From positions 248,001 to 312,000 of the forward strand of contig JASTWF010000338.1 of NCBI GenBank assembly GCA_030390025.1: a DNA stretch of 64,000 nt, written 5' to 3'. The notes under the pieces were generated by a model. That model did no database searches, was not told the origin of the DNA, and saw nothing but the letters and a program-made list of their open reading frames with translations. A program made the position numbers and the translations under genes. Source of the stretch: Squalus acanthias (lineage: Eukaryota). Shown in pieces: positions 12,305-26,240 of this stretch (position 1 is its first letter; each line of letters begins with the position of its first letter).

Positions 12305-13564
12305 AACATCTTCGGGGGGCGGGGGGGGGGGGGAACACATGAAATTTTGCAAATCTTTTCAGGAGTCACCGATACTGAGTGAATGGGGTTGGGAGGGAGT
12401 CACCTGTACTCAGTGAATGGGGTTGGGAGGGAGTCAGCTATACCGAGTCAATGGGGTTGGGAGGGAGTCACCTATACTCAGTGAATGGGGTTGGGAGGGA
12501 GTCACCTATACTCAGGGAATGGGGTTGGGAGGGAGTCACCTATACTGAATGAATGGGGTTGGGAGGGAGTCACCTATACTGAGTCAATGGGGTTGGGAGG
12601 GAGTCACCTATACTGAATGAATGGGGTTGGGAGGGAGTCACCTATACTCAGGGAATGGGGTTGGGAGGGAGTCACCTATACTGAGTGAATGGTGTTGGGA
12701 GGGAGTCACCTATACTGAGTCAATGGGGTTGGGAGGGAGTCACCTATACTGAGTCAATGGGGTTGGGAGGGAGTCACCTATACTGAATGAATGGGGTTGG
12801 GAGGGAGTCACCTATACCGAGTGAATGGGTTTGGGAGGGAGTCACCTATACCGAGTGAATGGGGTGGGGAGGGAGTCACCTATACTCAGTAAATGGGGTA
12901 GGGAGGGAGTCACCTAAACCGAGTGAATGGAGTTCGGAGGGAGTCACCTTTACTCAGTGAATGCGGTTGGGAGGGAGTCACCTATACTGAGTGAATGGGG
13001 TTGGGAGGGAGTCACCTATACTCAGTGAATGGGGTTGGGAGGGAGTCACCTATACAGAGTGAATGTGGTTGGGAGGGAGTCACCTATACTGAGTGAATGG
13101 GGTTGGGAGGGAGTCACCTATACTGAGTGAATGGGGTTGGGAGGGAGTCACCTATACTGAGTGAATGGGTGGGAGGGAGTCACCTATATCTGAGTGAATG
13201 GGTTGGGAGGGAGTCACCTATACTGTGAAATGGGTGGGAGGGAGTCACCTATACTGATTGAATGGGGTTGGAGGGAGTCACCGATACCTGAGTGAATGGG
13301 GTGGAGGGAGTCACCTATACTGAGTGAATGGGGTTGGGAGGGAGTCACCTATACTCAGTGAATGGGTTTGGGAGGAGTCAACTATACTCGACTGAATGGG
13401 GTTGGGAGGGAGTCACCTATACCGAGTGAATGGGTTTGGAGGGAGTCACCTATACTGAGTGAATTGGGTTGGGAGGGAGTTACCTATACCGAGTGATTGG
13501 GGTTGGGAGGTAGTCACGTATACCGAGTGAATGGGAATGGGAGGGAGTCACCTATAGTGAGTGA

Positions 13565-13780
13565 CATGAATCTGTTATTCATGACTTATGAAATAATACT
13601 CAGTGGCCTGTGGGTAGCGCTGTCCAGGGAGAGTATAAATACTCGGGCACGGGCCCAGCTTGCGCAGGACATTCTTAACAGGAACCAGTGAAGGATACAA
13701 CTGGACCTCCATGTTGAAAAACAGTAGATTAAAGCTTTGCTTAACCCTTAGACCAAGTGCCGAGTAGTTTTCTTCCGTCG
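13565..13780 (+). mobile_element. 216-bp LTR-like insert within satellite (copy 1)
   Basis: Non-satellite sequence with TATAAATA and ATTAAA, flanked by GTGAGTGA direct repeats. Confidence 0.5.
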
Positions 13781-16700
13781 GTGAGTGAATGGGGTTGGGA
13801 TGGAGTCACCTATTCCGAGTCAATGGGGTTGGGAGGGAGTCACCTATTCCAAGTCAATGGGGATGGGAGAGAGTCACCTATTCCGAGTCAATGGGGTTGG
13901 GATGGAGTCACCTATTCCGAGTCAATGGGATTGAGAGGGAGTCACCTATTCCGAGTCAATGCGGTTGGGAGGGAGTCACCTATACCGAGTCAATGGGGTT
14001 GGGAGAGAGTCACCTATTCCGAGTCAATGGGGTTGAGAGGGAGTCACCTATTCCGAGTCAATGGGGTTGAGAGGGAGTCACCTATTCCGAGTCAATGGGG
14101 TTGAGAGGGAGACACCTATTCTGAGTCAATGGGGTTGGGAGGGAGTCACCTATTCCGAGTCAATGGGGTTGAGAGGGAGTCACCTATTCCGAGTCAATGG
14201 GGTTGGGAGGGAGTCACCTATTCCGAGTCAATGGGGTTGGGAGAGAGTCACCTATTCCGAGTCAATGGGGTTGGGAGAGAGTCACCAATTCTGAGTCAAT
14301 GGGGTTGGGAGAGAGTCACCTATTCCGACTCAATGGGGTTGAGAGGGAGACACCTATTCTGAGTCAATGGGGTTGGGAGGGAGTCACCTATTCCGAGTCA
14401 ATGGGGTTGGGAGGGAGTCACCTATTCAGAGTCAATGGGGTTGGGAGGGAGTCACCTATTCCGAATCAATGGGTTGGGAGGGAGTCACCTATTCCGAGTC
14501 AATGGGGTTGGGAGGGAGTCAACTATTCCGAGTCAATGGGGATGGGAGGGAGACAGCTATTCCGAGTCAATGGGGTTGGGAGGGAGTCACCGATACTGAG
14601 AGATTGGGGTTGGGAGGGAGTCACCTATACTGAGTGAATGGGGTTGGGATGGAGTCACCTATATCGAGTCAATGAGGTTGGGAGGGAGGCATCTGTACCA
14701 CGTGATAGAGGTTGGGAGGGAGTCACGTATACTGAGTGAATGGGGTTGGGAGGGAGTCACCTATACTGAGTGAAGGAGGTTGGGAGGGAGTCACCTATAC
14801 TCAGGGAATGGGGTTGGGAGGGAGTCACCTATACTGAGTGAATGGGGTTGGGAGGGAGTCACTATACCGAGTCAATGGGGTTGGGATGGAGTCACCGACA
14901 CTGAGTGAATGGGGTTAGGAGGCAGTCACCTATACCGAGTGAATGGGGTTGGGAGGGAGTCACCTGTACTGAGTGAATGGGGTTGGGAGAGAGTCACCGA
15001 TACTGAGCGATTGGGGTTGGGAGGGAGTCACCTGTACCACGTGATTGAGATAGCGAGGGAGTCACCTATACTGAGTGAATGGGGTTGGGAGGGAGTCACC
15101 TATACTGAGTGAATGTGGTTGGGAGGGAGTCACCTATATTGAATGAATGGGGTTGGGAAGGAGTCACCTATTCCGAGTCAATGGGGTTGGGAGGGAGACA
15201 GCTATTCCGAGTCAATGGGGTTGAGAGGGAGACACCTATTCTGAGTCAATGGGGTTGGGAGGGATTCACCTATTCCGAGCCAATGGGGTTGGGAGGGAGT
15301 CACCTATTCCGAGTCAATGGGGTTGGGAGGGAGTCACCTATTCCGAGTGAATGGGGTTGGGAGGGAGTCACCTATATCGAGTCAATGAGGTTGGGAGGGA
15401 GGCACCTGTACCACGTGATAGAGGTTGGGAGGGAGTCACGTATACTGAGTGAATGGGGTTGGGAGGGAGTCACCTATACTGAGTGAAGGAGGTTGGGAGG
15501 GAGTCACCTATACTCAGGGAATGGGGTTGGGAGGGAGTCACCTATACTGAGTGAATGTGGTTGGGAGGGAGTCACCTATACTGAATGAATGGGGTTGGGA
15601 GGGAGTCACCTATACCGATTGAATGGGGTTGGGAGGGAGTCACCAATACTGAGTGAATGGTGTTGGGAGGGAGTCACCTATACTCAGGGAATGGGGTTGT
15701 GAGGGCGTCACCTATACTGAGTAAATGTGGTTGGGAGGGAGTCACCTATACTGAATGAATGGGGTTGGGAGGGAGTCACCTATACCGATTGAATGGGGTT
15801 GGGAGGGAGTCACCAATACTGAATGAATGGGGTTGGGAGGGAGTCACCTATACTCAGTGAATGGGTTTGGGAGGGAGTCAACTATACTCATGAATGGGGT
15901 TGGGAGGGAGTCGCCTATACCAAGTGAATGTGGTTTGGACGGGAGTCACGTATACTGAGTGAATGGAGTTGGGATGGAGTCACCTATGCTGAGTGAATGG
16001 GGTTGGGAGGGAGTCACCTATACTCACTGAATGGGGTTGGGATGGAGTCAACTATATCGAGTCAATGAGGTAGGGAGGGAGTCACCTGTACCACGTGATT
16101 GAGTTTGGGAGGGATTCACCTATACTGAGTGAATGCGGTTGGGAGGGAGTCACCTATACTCAGTAAATTGGGTTGGGAGGGAGTCACCTATACCGAGTGA
16201 ATGTGGTTTGGACGGGAGTCACGTATACCGAGTGAATGGGGTTGGGAGGGAGTCACCGATACCGAGTGAATGGGGTTGGGAGGCAGTCACCTATACCGAG
16301 TGAATGGGGTTGGGAGGGAGTCACCTATACTGAGTGAATGTGGTTGGGAGGGAGTCACCATTACTGAATGAATGGGGTTGAGAGGGAGTCACCTATACCG
16401 ATTGAATGGGGTTGGGAGGGAATCACCAATACTGAGTGAATGGGGTTGGGAGGGAGTCACCTATACTCAGGGAATGTGGTTGTGAGGGAGTCACCTATAC
16501 TGAGTGAATGTGGTTGGGAGGGAGTCACCTATACTGAATGAATGGGGTTGGGAGGGAGTCACCTATACCGATTGAATGGGGTTGGGAGGGAGTCACCAAT
16601 ACTGAGTGAATGGGGTTGGGAGGGAGTCACCTATACTCAGTAAATTGGGTTGGGAGGGAGTCACCTATACTCAGGGAATGGGGTTGTGAGGGAGTCACCT

Positions 16701-19051
16701 ATACTGAGTGAATGTGGTTTGGACGGGAGTCACATATACTGAGGGAATGGGTTTGGGAGGGAGTCACCTTTGCTCAGTGAAAGGGGTTGCGATGGAGTCA
16801 CCTCTATCGAGTCAATGAGGTTGGGAGGGAGGCACCTGTACCACGTGATAGAGGTTGGGAGGGAGTCACATATACTGAGGGAATGGGGTTTGGAGGGAGT
16901 CACCTATACTGATTGAAGGAGGTTGGGAGGGAGTCACCTATACTCAGGGAATGGGGTTGGGAGGGAGTCACCTATACTGAGTGAATGGGGTTGGGAGGGA
17001 GTCACCGATACCGAGTCAATGGGGTTGGGAGGGAGTCACCTATACTCAGTAAATTGGGTTGTGAGGGAGTCACCTATACCAAGTGAATGTGGTTTGGACG
17101 GGAGTCACGTATACTGAGTGAATGGGGGAGGGAGTCACATATACCGAGTGAATGGGGTTGGGAGGGAGTCACCTATACTCAGTAAATTGGGTTGTGAGGG
17201 AGTCACCTATACCAAGTGAATGTGGTTTGGACGGGAGTCACGTATACTGAGTGAATGGGGTTGGGAGGGAGTCACCTATACTGAGTGAATGTGGTTGGGA
17301 GGGAGTCACCCATACTGAATGAATGGGGTTGGGAGGGAGTCACCTATACCGAGTGAATGGGGTTGGGAGGGAGTCACCAATACTGAGTGAATGGTGTTGG
17401 GAGGGAGTCACCTATACTGAGTGAATGGGGTTGGGAGGGAGTCACCTATACTGAGTGAATGGGGGTGGGATGGAGTCACCTATACTAAGTAAATTGGGTT
17501 GGGAGGGAGTCACCTATACTGAGTGAATTGGGTTGGGAGGGAGTCACCTATACTGAGTGAATGAGGTTGGGAGGGAGTCACCTATACTGAGTGAATCGGG
17601 TTCGGAGGGAGTCACCTATACCGAGTGAATCGGGTTGGGAGGGAGTCACCTATACCGAGTGAATGGTGGTGGGATGGAGTCACCTATACTAAGTGAATTG
17701 GGTTTGGATGGAGTCACATATACCGAATGAATGAGGTTGCGTGGGAGTCACCTATACTGAGTGAATGGGGTTGGGAGGGAGTCACCTATACTCAGTAAGT
17801 GGGGTTGGGAGGGAGTCACCGATACTGAGCGATTGGGGTTGGGAGGGAGTCACCTATACTGAGTGAATGGGGTTTGGGTGGAGTCACCTATATCGAGTCA
17901 ATGAGGTGGGGAGGGAGTCACCTGTACCACGTGATTGAGGTTGGGAGGGAGTCACCTATACTGAGTGAATGGGGTTGGGAGGGAGTCACCTATACTGAGT
18001 CAATGGGGTTGGGAGGGAGTCACCTATACTCAGGGAATGGGGTTGGGAGGGAGTCACCTATACTGAATGAATGGGGTTGGGAGGGAGTCACCTATACTGA
18101 GTCAATGGGGTTGGGAGGGAGTCACCTATACTGAATGAATGGGGTTGGGAGGGAGTCACCTATACTCAGGGAATGGGGTTGGGAGGGAGTCACCTATACT
18201 GAGTCAATGGTGTTGGGAGGGAGTCACCTATACTGAGTCAATGGGGTTGGGAGGGAGTCACCTATACTGAGTCAATGGGGTTGGGAGGGAGTCACCTATA
18301 CTGAATGAATGGGGTTGGGAGGGAGTCACCTATACCGAGTGAATAGGTTTGGGAGGGAGTCACCTATACCGAGTGAATGGGGTGGGGAGGGAGTCACCTA
18401 TACTCAGTAAATGGGGTAGGGAGGGAGTCACCTAAACCGAGTGAATGGAGTTCGGAGGGAGTCACCTATACTGAGTGAATGGGGTTGGGAGGGAGTCACC
18501 TATACTGAGTGAATGGGGTTGAGAGGGAGTCACCTATACCGAGTGAATTGGGTTGGGAGGGAGTCACCTATACTGAGTGAATGGGGTTGGGAGGGAGTCA
18601 CCTATACCGAGTGAATGTGGTTGGGAGGGAGTCACCTATACTGAGTGAATGGGTTGGGAGGGAGTCACCTATACTCAGGAATGGGTTGGGAGGGAGTCAC
18701 CTATACTGAGTGAATGGGGTTGGGAGGGAGTCACCTATACTCAGTGAATGGGTTGGGAGGGAGTCACCTATACTGAGTGAATGGGGTTGGGAGGGAGTCA
18801 CCTATACTGAGTGAATGGGTTGGGAGGGAGTCACCTATACTGAGTGAATGGGGTTGGGAGGGAGTCACCTATACTGAGTGAATGGGGTTGGGAGGGAGTC
18901 ACCTATACTGAGTGAATGGGGTTGGGAGGGAGTCACCTATACTGAGTGAATTGGGTTGGGAGGGAGTTACCTATACCGAGTGATTGGGGTTGGGAGGTAG
19001 TCACGTATACCGAGTGAATGGGAATGGGAGGGAGTCACCTATAGTGAGTGA

Positions 19052-19268
19052 CATGAATCTGTTATTCATGACTTATGAAATAATACACAGTGGCCTGTGG
19101 GTAGCGCTGTCCAGGGAGAGTATAAATACTCGGGCACGGGCCCAGCTTGCGCAGGACATTCTTAACAGGAACCAGTGAAGGATACAACTGGACCTCCATG
19201 TTTGAAAAACAGTTGATTAAAGCTTTGCTTAACCCTAAGACCAAGTGCCGAGTAGTTTTCTTCCGTCG
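19052..19268 (+). mobile_element. LTR-like insert within satellite (copy 2)
   Basis: Near-identical to 13565-13780, with the same flanking unit variants, 5487 bp downstream. Confidence 0.5.
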
Positions 19269-22200
19269 GTGAGTGAATGGGGTTGGGATGGAGTCACTTA
19301 TTCCGAGTCAATGGGGTTGGGAGGGAGTCACCTATTCCAAGTCAATGGGGATGGGAGAGAGTCACCTATTCCGAGTCAATGGGGTTGGGATGGAGTCACC
19401 TATTCCGAGTCAATGGGATTGAGAGGGAGTCACCTATTCCGAGTCAATGCGGTTGAGAGGGAGACACCTATTCTGAGTCAATGGGGTTTGGAGGGAGTCA
19501 CCTATTCCGAGTCAATGGGGTTGAGAGGGAGTCACCTATTCCGAGTCAATGGGGTTGGGTGGGAGTCACCTATTCTGAGTCAATGGGGTTGGGAGAGAGT
19601 CACCTATTCCGAGTCAATGGGGTTGGGAGGGAGTCACCGATACTGAGAGATTGGGGTTGGGAGGGAGTCACCTATACTGAGTGAATGGGGTTGGGATGGA
19701 GTCACCTATATCGAGTCAATGAGGTTGGGAGGGAGGCACCTGTACCACGTGATAGAGGTTGGGAGGGAGTCACGTATACTGAGTGAATGGGGTTGGGAGG
19801 GAGTCACCTATACTGAGTGAAGGAGGTTGGGAGGGAGTCACCTATACTCAGGGAATGGGGTTGGGAGGGAGTCACCTATACTGAGTGAATGGGGTTGGGA
19901 GGGAGTCACCTATACCGAGTCAATGGGGTTGGGATGGAGTCACCTATACCGAGTGAATGGGGTTGGGAGGGAGTCACCTGTACTGAGTGAATGGGGTTGG
20001 GAGGGAGTCACTATACTGAATGAATGGGGTTGGGAGGGAGTCACCGATACCGATGAATGGGGTTGGAGGGAGTCACCAATACTAAGTGAATGGGGTTTGG
20101 AGGGAGTCACCTATACTCAGTGAATGGTTGGGAGGGAGTCACTATACTCGAGTGAACGGGTTGGGGAGGGAGTCACCTATACTGAGTGAATGGGTTTGGA
20201 GGGAGTCACCTATCTCAGGTGAATGGGGTTGGGAGGGAGTCACCTATACCTGAGTGAATGTGGTTGGAGGGAGTCACCTATACTGAGTGAATGCGGTTGG
20301 GAGGGAGTCACCTATACTGACTGAATGGGGTTGGGAGGGAGTCACCTATACTGAGTGAATGGGGTTGGGAGGGAGTCACCTATACTCAGTAAATTGGGTT
20401 GGAGGGAGTCACCTATACCAAGTGAATGTGGTTTGGACGGGAGTCACGTATACTGAGTGAATGGGGTTGGGAGGGAGTCACCTATACTGAGTGAATGGGG
20501 TTGGGAGGGAGTCACCAATACTGAGTGAATGGTGTTGGGAGGGAGTCACCTATACTCAGGGAATGGGGTTGTGAGGGAGTCACCTATACTGAGTAAATGT
20601 GGTTGGGAGGGAGTCACCTATACTGAATGAATGGGGTTGGGAGGGAGTCACCTATACCGATTGAATGGGGTTGGGAGGGAGTCACCAATACTGAGTGAAT
20701 GGGGTTGGGAGGGAGTCACCTATACTCAGTGAATGGGTTTGGGAGGGAGTCAACTATACTCACTGAATGGGGTTGGGAGGGAGTCACCTATACCAAGTGA
20801 ATGTGGTTTGGACGGGAGTCACGTATACTGAGTGAATGGAGTTGGGATGGAGTCACCTATGCTGAGTGAATGGGGTTGGGAGGGAGTCACCTATACTCAC
20901 TGAATGGGGTTGGGATGGAGTCAACTATATCGAGTCAATGAGGTAGGGAGGGAGTCACCTGTACCACGTGATTGAGTTTGGGAGGGATTCACCTATACTG
21001 AGTGAATGCGGTTGGGAGGGAGTCACCTATACTCAGTAAATTGGGTTGGGAGGGAGTCACCTATACCGAGTGAATGTGGTTTGGACGGGAGTCACGTATA
21101 CTGAGTGAATGGGGTTGGGAGGGAGTCACCGATACCGAGTGAATGGGGTTGGGAGGCAGTCACCTATACCGAGTGAATGGGGTTGGGAGGGAGTCACCTA
21201 TACTGAGTGAATGTGGTTGGGAGGGAGTCACCCATACTGAATGAATGGGGTTGAGAGGGAGTCACCTATACCGATTGAATGGGGTTGGGAGGGAGTCACC
21301 AATACTGAGTGAATGGGGTTGGGAGGGAGTCACCTATACTCAGGGAATGTGGTTGTGAGGGAGTCACCTATACTGAGTGAATGTGGTTGGGAGGGAGTCA
21401 CCTATACTGAATGAATGGGGTTGGGAGGGAGTCACCTATACCGATTGAATGGGGTTGGGAGGGAGTCACCAATACTGAGTGAATGGGGTTGGGAGGGAGT
21501 CACCTATACTCAGTAAATTGGGTTGGGAGGGAGTCACCTATACTCAGGGAATGGGGTTGTGAGGGAGTCACCTATACTGAGTGAATGGGGTTGGGAGGGA
21601 GTCACCTATACTCAGTAAATTGGGTTGGGAGGGAGTCACCTATACCAAGTGAATGTGGTTTGGACGGGAGTCACGTATACTGAGTCAATGGGGTTGGGAG
21701 GGAGTCACCTATACTGAGTGAATGTGGTTTGGACGGGAGTCACATATACTGAGGGAATGGGTTTGGGAGGGAGTCACCTTTGCTCAGTGAAAGGGGTTGC
21801 GATGGAGTCACCTATATCGAGTCAATGAGGTTGGGAGGGAGGCACCTGTACCACGTGATAGAGGTTGGGAGGGAGTCACATATACTGAGGGAATGGGGTT
21901 GGGAGGGAGTCACCTATACTGAGTGAAGGAGGTTGGGAGGGAGTCACCTATACTCAGGGAATGGGGTTGGGAGGGAGTCACCTATACTGAGTGAATGGGG
22001 TTGGGAGGGAGTCACCGATACCGAGTCAATGGGGTTGGGAGGGAGTCACCTATACTCAGTAAATTGGGTTGTGAGGGAGTCAACTATACCAAGTGAATGT
22101 GGTTTGGACGGGAGTCACGTATACTGAGTGAATGGGGGAGGGAGTCACATATACCGAGTGAATGGGGTTGGGAGGGAGTCACCTATACTCAGTAAATTGG

Positions 22201-24486
22201 GTTGTGAGGGAGTCACCTATACCAAGTGAATGTGGTTTGGACGGGAGTCACGTATACTGAGTGAATGGGGTTGGGAGGGAGTCACCTATACTGAGTGAAT
22301 GTGGTTGGGAGGGAGTCACCCATACTGAATGAATGGGGTTGGGAGGGAGTCACCAATACTGAGTGAATGGTGTTGGGAGGGAGTCACCAATACTGAGTAA
22401 ATGTGGTTGGGAGGGAGTCACCTATACTGAATGAATGGGGTTGGGAAAGAGTCACCTATACCGATTGAATGGGGTTGGGAGGGAGTCACCAATACTGAGT
22501 GAATGGGGATGGGAGGGAGTCACCTATACTCAGTGAATGGGTTTGGGAGGGAGTCAACTATACTCAGTAAATTGGGTTGGGAGGGAGTCACCTATACCGA
22601 GTGAATGTGGTTTGGACGGCAGTCACGTATACTGAGTGAATGGGTTTGGGAGGGAGTCACCTTTGCTCAGTGAATGGGGTTGGGAGGGAGTCACCAATAT
22701 CGAGTCAATGAGGTTGGGAGGGAGGCACCTGTACCACGTGATAGAGGTTGGGAGGGAGTCACCTATACTGAGTGAATGTGGTTTAGACGGGAGTCACGTA
22801 TACTGAGTGAATGGGGTTGGGATGGAGTCACCTATACCGAGTGAATGGGGTTGGGAGGGAGTCACCTATACCGATTGAATGGGGTTTGGAGGGAGTCACC
22901 AATACTGAGTGAATGGGGTTGAGAGGGAGTCACCTATACTCAGGGAATGGGGTTGTGAGGGAGTCACCTATACTGAGTAAATGTGGTTGGGAGGGAGTCA
23001 CCTATACTGAATGAATGGGGTTGGGAGGGAGTCACCTATACCGATTGAATGGGGTTGGGAGGGAGTCACCAATACTGAGTGAATGGAGTTGGGATGGAGT
23101 CACCTATACTGAGTGAATGGGTTGGGAGGGAGTCACCTATACTCAGTGAATTGGGTTGGGAGGGAGTCACCTATACCAAGTGAATGTGGTTTGGACGGGA
23201 GTCACGTATACTGAGTGAATGGGGAAGGGAGGTTGTCACCGATACTGAGTGAATGGGGTTGGGATGGAGTCACCTATACTCACTGAATGGGGTTGGGATG
23301 GAGTCAACTATATCGAGTCAATGAGGTAGGGAGGGAGTCACCTGTACCACGTGATTGAGTTTCGGAGGGATTCACATATACTGAGTGAATGCGGTTGGGA
23401 GGGAGTCACCTATACTCAGTAAATTGGGTTGGGAGGGAGTCACCTATACCGAGTGAATGTGGTTTGGACGGGAGTCACGTATACTGAGTGAATGGGGTTG
23501 GGAGGGAGTCACCGATACCGAGTGAATGGGGTTGGGAGGCAGTCACCTATACCGAGTGAATGGGGTTGGGAGGGAGTCACCTATACTGAGTGAATGTGGT
23601 TGGGAGGGAGTCACCCATACTGAATGAATGGGGTTGAGAGGGAGTCACCTATACCGATTGAATGGGGTTGGGAGGGAGTCACCAATACTGAGTGAATGGG
23701 GTTGGGAGGGAGTCACCTATACTCAGGGAATGTGGTTGTGAGGGAGTCACCTATACTGAGTGAATGTGGTTGGGAGGGAGTCACCTATACTGAATGAATG
23801 GGGTTGGGAGGGAGTCACCTATACCGATTGAATGGGGTTGGGAGGGAGTCACCAATACTGAGTGAATGGGGTTGGGAGGGAGTCACCTATACTCAGTAAA
23901 TTGGGTTGGGAGGGAGTCACCTATACTCAGGGAATGGGGTTGTGAGGGAGTCACCTATACTGAGTGAATGGGGTTGGGAGGGAGTCACTTATACTCAGTA
24001 AATTGGGTTGGGAGGGAGTCACCTATACCAAGTGAATGTGGTTTGGACGGGAGTCACGTATACTGAGTCAATGGGGTTGGGAGGGAGTCACCTATACTGA
24101 GTGAATGTGGTTTGGACGGGAGTCACATATACTGAGGGAATGGGTTTGGGAGGGAGACGCCTTTGCTCAGTGAAAGGGGTTGCGATGGAGTCACCTATAT
24201 CGAGTCAATGAGGTTGGGAGGGAGGCACCTGTACCACGTGATAGAGGTTGGGAGGGAGTCACATATACTGAGGGAATGGGGTTGGGAGGGAGTCACCTAT
24301 ACTGAGTGAAGGAGGTTGGGAGGGAGTCACCTATACTCAGGGAATGGGGTTGGGAGGGAGTCACCTATACTGAGTGAATGGGGTTGGGAGGGAGTCACCT
24401 ATACTCAGTAAATTGGGTTGTGAGGGAGTCACCTATACCAAGTGAATGTGGTTTGGACGGGAGTCACGTATACTGAGTGAATGGGG

Positions 24487-24686
24487 NNNNNNNNNNNNNN
24501 NNNNNNNNNNNNNNNNNNNNNNNNNNNNNNNNNNNNNNNNNNNNNNNNNNNNNNNNNNNNNNNNNNNNNNNNNNNNNNNNNNNNNNNNNNNNNNNNNNNN
24601 NNNNNNNNNNNNNNNNNNNNNNNNNNNNNNNNNNNNNNNNNNNNNNNNNNNNNNNNNNNNNNNNNNNNNNNNNNNNNNNNNNNNNN
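24487..24686. other. Assembly gap (200 N)
   Basis: Run of Ns. Confidence 1.
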
Positions 24687-25274
24687 TAGTTGAGGCCTGT
24701 TCATTCCATTGTCTTAGTTTTGCGGGCTTGTTAAGTTTTGATGGTTTTAACTTGGTGTTAATTTGTCCTGATGGCTTCCGATGTCTCCCATTTAGGCAGG
24801 GCCTTTATCTACGTGCCAAATCTTGTCCCTACAGATACCTGGCTGATTGGTTTTTGATGAAGTAATGGCTGTACTAGATGTTTTATTGTTTACAGGCTTC
24901 TGGCATCCTGTTTGGGCCTGGGGATATTCAAAAGGTGTCTTGAATTATTCAATTTTGGATGTGTTGTGAGGTTTTGGGTGAGGTTCTTCCTCCTGCCTGG
25001 ATTGCAGTGCAAACAAATTCCAGACAGCTTGACTGCAAAAGTTGTCCACTGCCTCGCCACACCCCTTCGCAAAGGTGGTTTTTTTTCCATAGTCATTTTC
25101 GAAAGTCATTTTTCCTCAGGTTTTTTTCTTCCCTGATCTTTAAAATGTCCAAAACTGAGGTTTTTACCTCAAATCACTTCACTTATTTCCCATCATCCCA
25201 AATCCGTAGGAAAAATCCAAAAATCACCCCTTTTAGGGTTCTATACGAGTTTCTGGGGAATTTTGCAAAGCTTA

Positions 25275-26240
25275 CAGGGAACTAGATGTAATATCTCCAA
25301 GTTTGCAGATGACTCAAAGTTGGGTGGGCGTGTGTGTTGTGTGGAGGATGCAGAGAAACTCCAGTATGATTTGGACAAGTTGGGTGATTGGGCAGGTGCA
25401 TGGCAGATGCAGTATAATGTGGATAAATGCGAGGTTATCCACTTTGGTGGCAAAAACAGGAAGGCAGATTATTATCTGAATGGCAATAGATTGGGAAAAG
25501 GGGAAGTGCAACGAGACCTGGGGGTCCTTGTGCACCAGTCGCTGAAGGTAAGCATGCAGGTGCAGCATGCGGTTAAGAAGGCAAATGGAATATTGGCCTT
25601 CATAGCGAGAGGATTCGAGTACAGGGGCAAGGATGTCTTGCTGCAGTTGTACAGGGCCTTGGTGAGACCACACCTTGAGTATTGTGTGCAGTTTTGGTCG
25701 CCTTATCTGAGGAAGGACGCTCTTGCCATGGAGGGAGTGCAGCGAAGATTCAGCAGACTGATGCCTGGGATGGCAGGAATGACGTATGAAGAGAGATTGG
25801 GACGATTGGGCTTGTATTCGCTAGAGTTTAGAAGAATGAGAGGGGATCTCATTGAAACTTATAAAATTCTAACAGGACTAGACAGACTAGATGCAGGAAG
25901 GATGTTCCCGATGGCGGGGGAGTCCAGAAACAGGGGTCACAGTCTAAGGATAAGGGGTAGGCTATTTAGGACTGAGAGGAGGAGGAATTTCTTCACCCAG
26001 AGAGTGGTGAACCTGTGGAATTCTCTACCACAGAAGGCAGTAGAGGCCAATTCATTAAATATATTCAAGAAGGAGATAGATATATTTCGTAAGGCTAAAG
26101 GGATCAAGGGATATGGGGAGAAAGCAGGGACAGGGTACTGAATTTGGATGATCCGCCATGATCTCATTGAATGGCGGAGCAGGCTCGAGGGGCCGAATGG
26201 CCTACTCCTGCTCCTATCTTCTATGTTTCTATGTTTCTAT
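25275..26240 (+). mobile_element. CR1 LINE, 5'-truncated, young (ORF2 C-terminus uninterrupted)
   Basis: 292-aa ORF SKFADDSKLGG...IKGYGEKAGTGY with a (TTCTATGT)n tail. Confidence 0.95.

Larger units (their letters stand above)
12361..24486. repeat. 34-bp satellite array (~350 units) with higher-order structure; runs into assembly gap
   Basis: Consensus GGGAGGGAGTCACCTATACTGAGTGAATGGGGTT. Spurious ORFs repeat every 34 aa (3 units). Confidence 0.97.

Noticed and set aside
12361..24486. CRISPR array or repeat-protein ORFs in the satellite
   Set aside because: Units are head-to-tail with no unique spacers, the context is eukaryotic, and the ORFs are artefacts of the 34-bp period.
12361..24486. 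Hammerhead ribozyme in the satellite unit (CTGAGTGA/CTGAATGA)
   Set aside because: No GAAA core and no supporting stems.
24429..24865. ORFs spanning the N-run
   Set aside because: Artefacts of the assembly gap.
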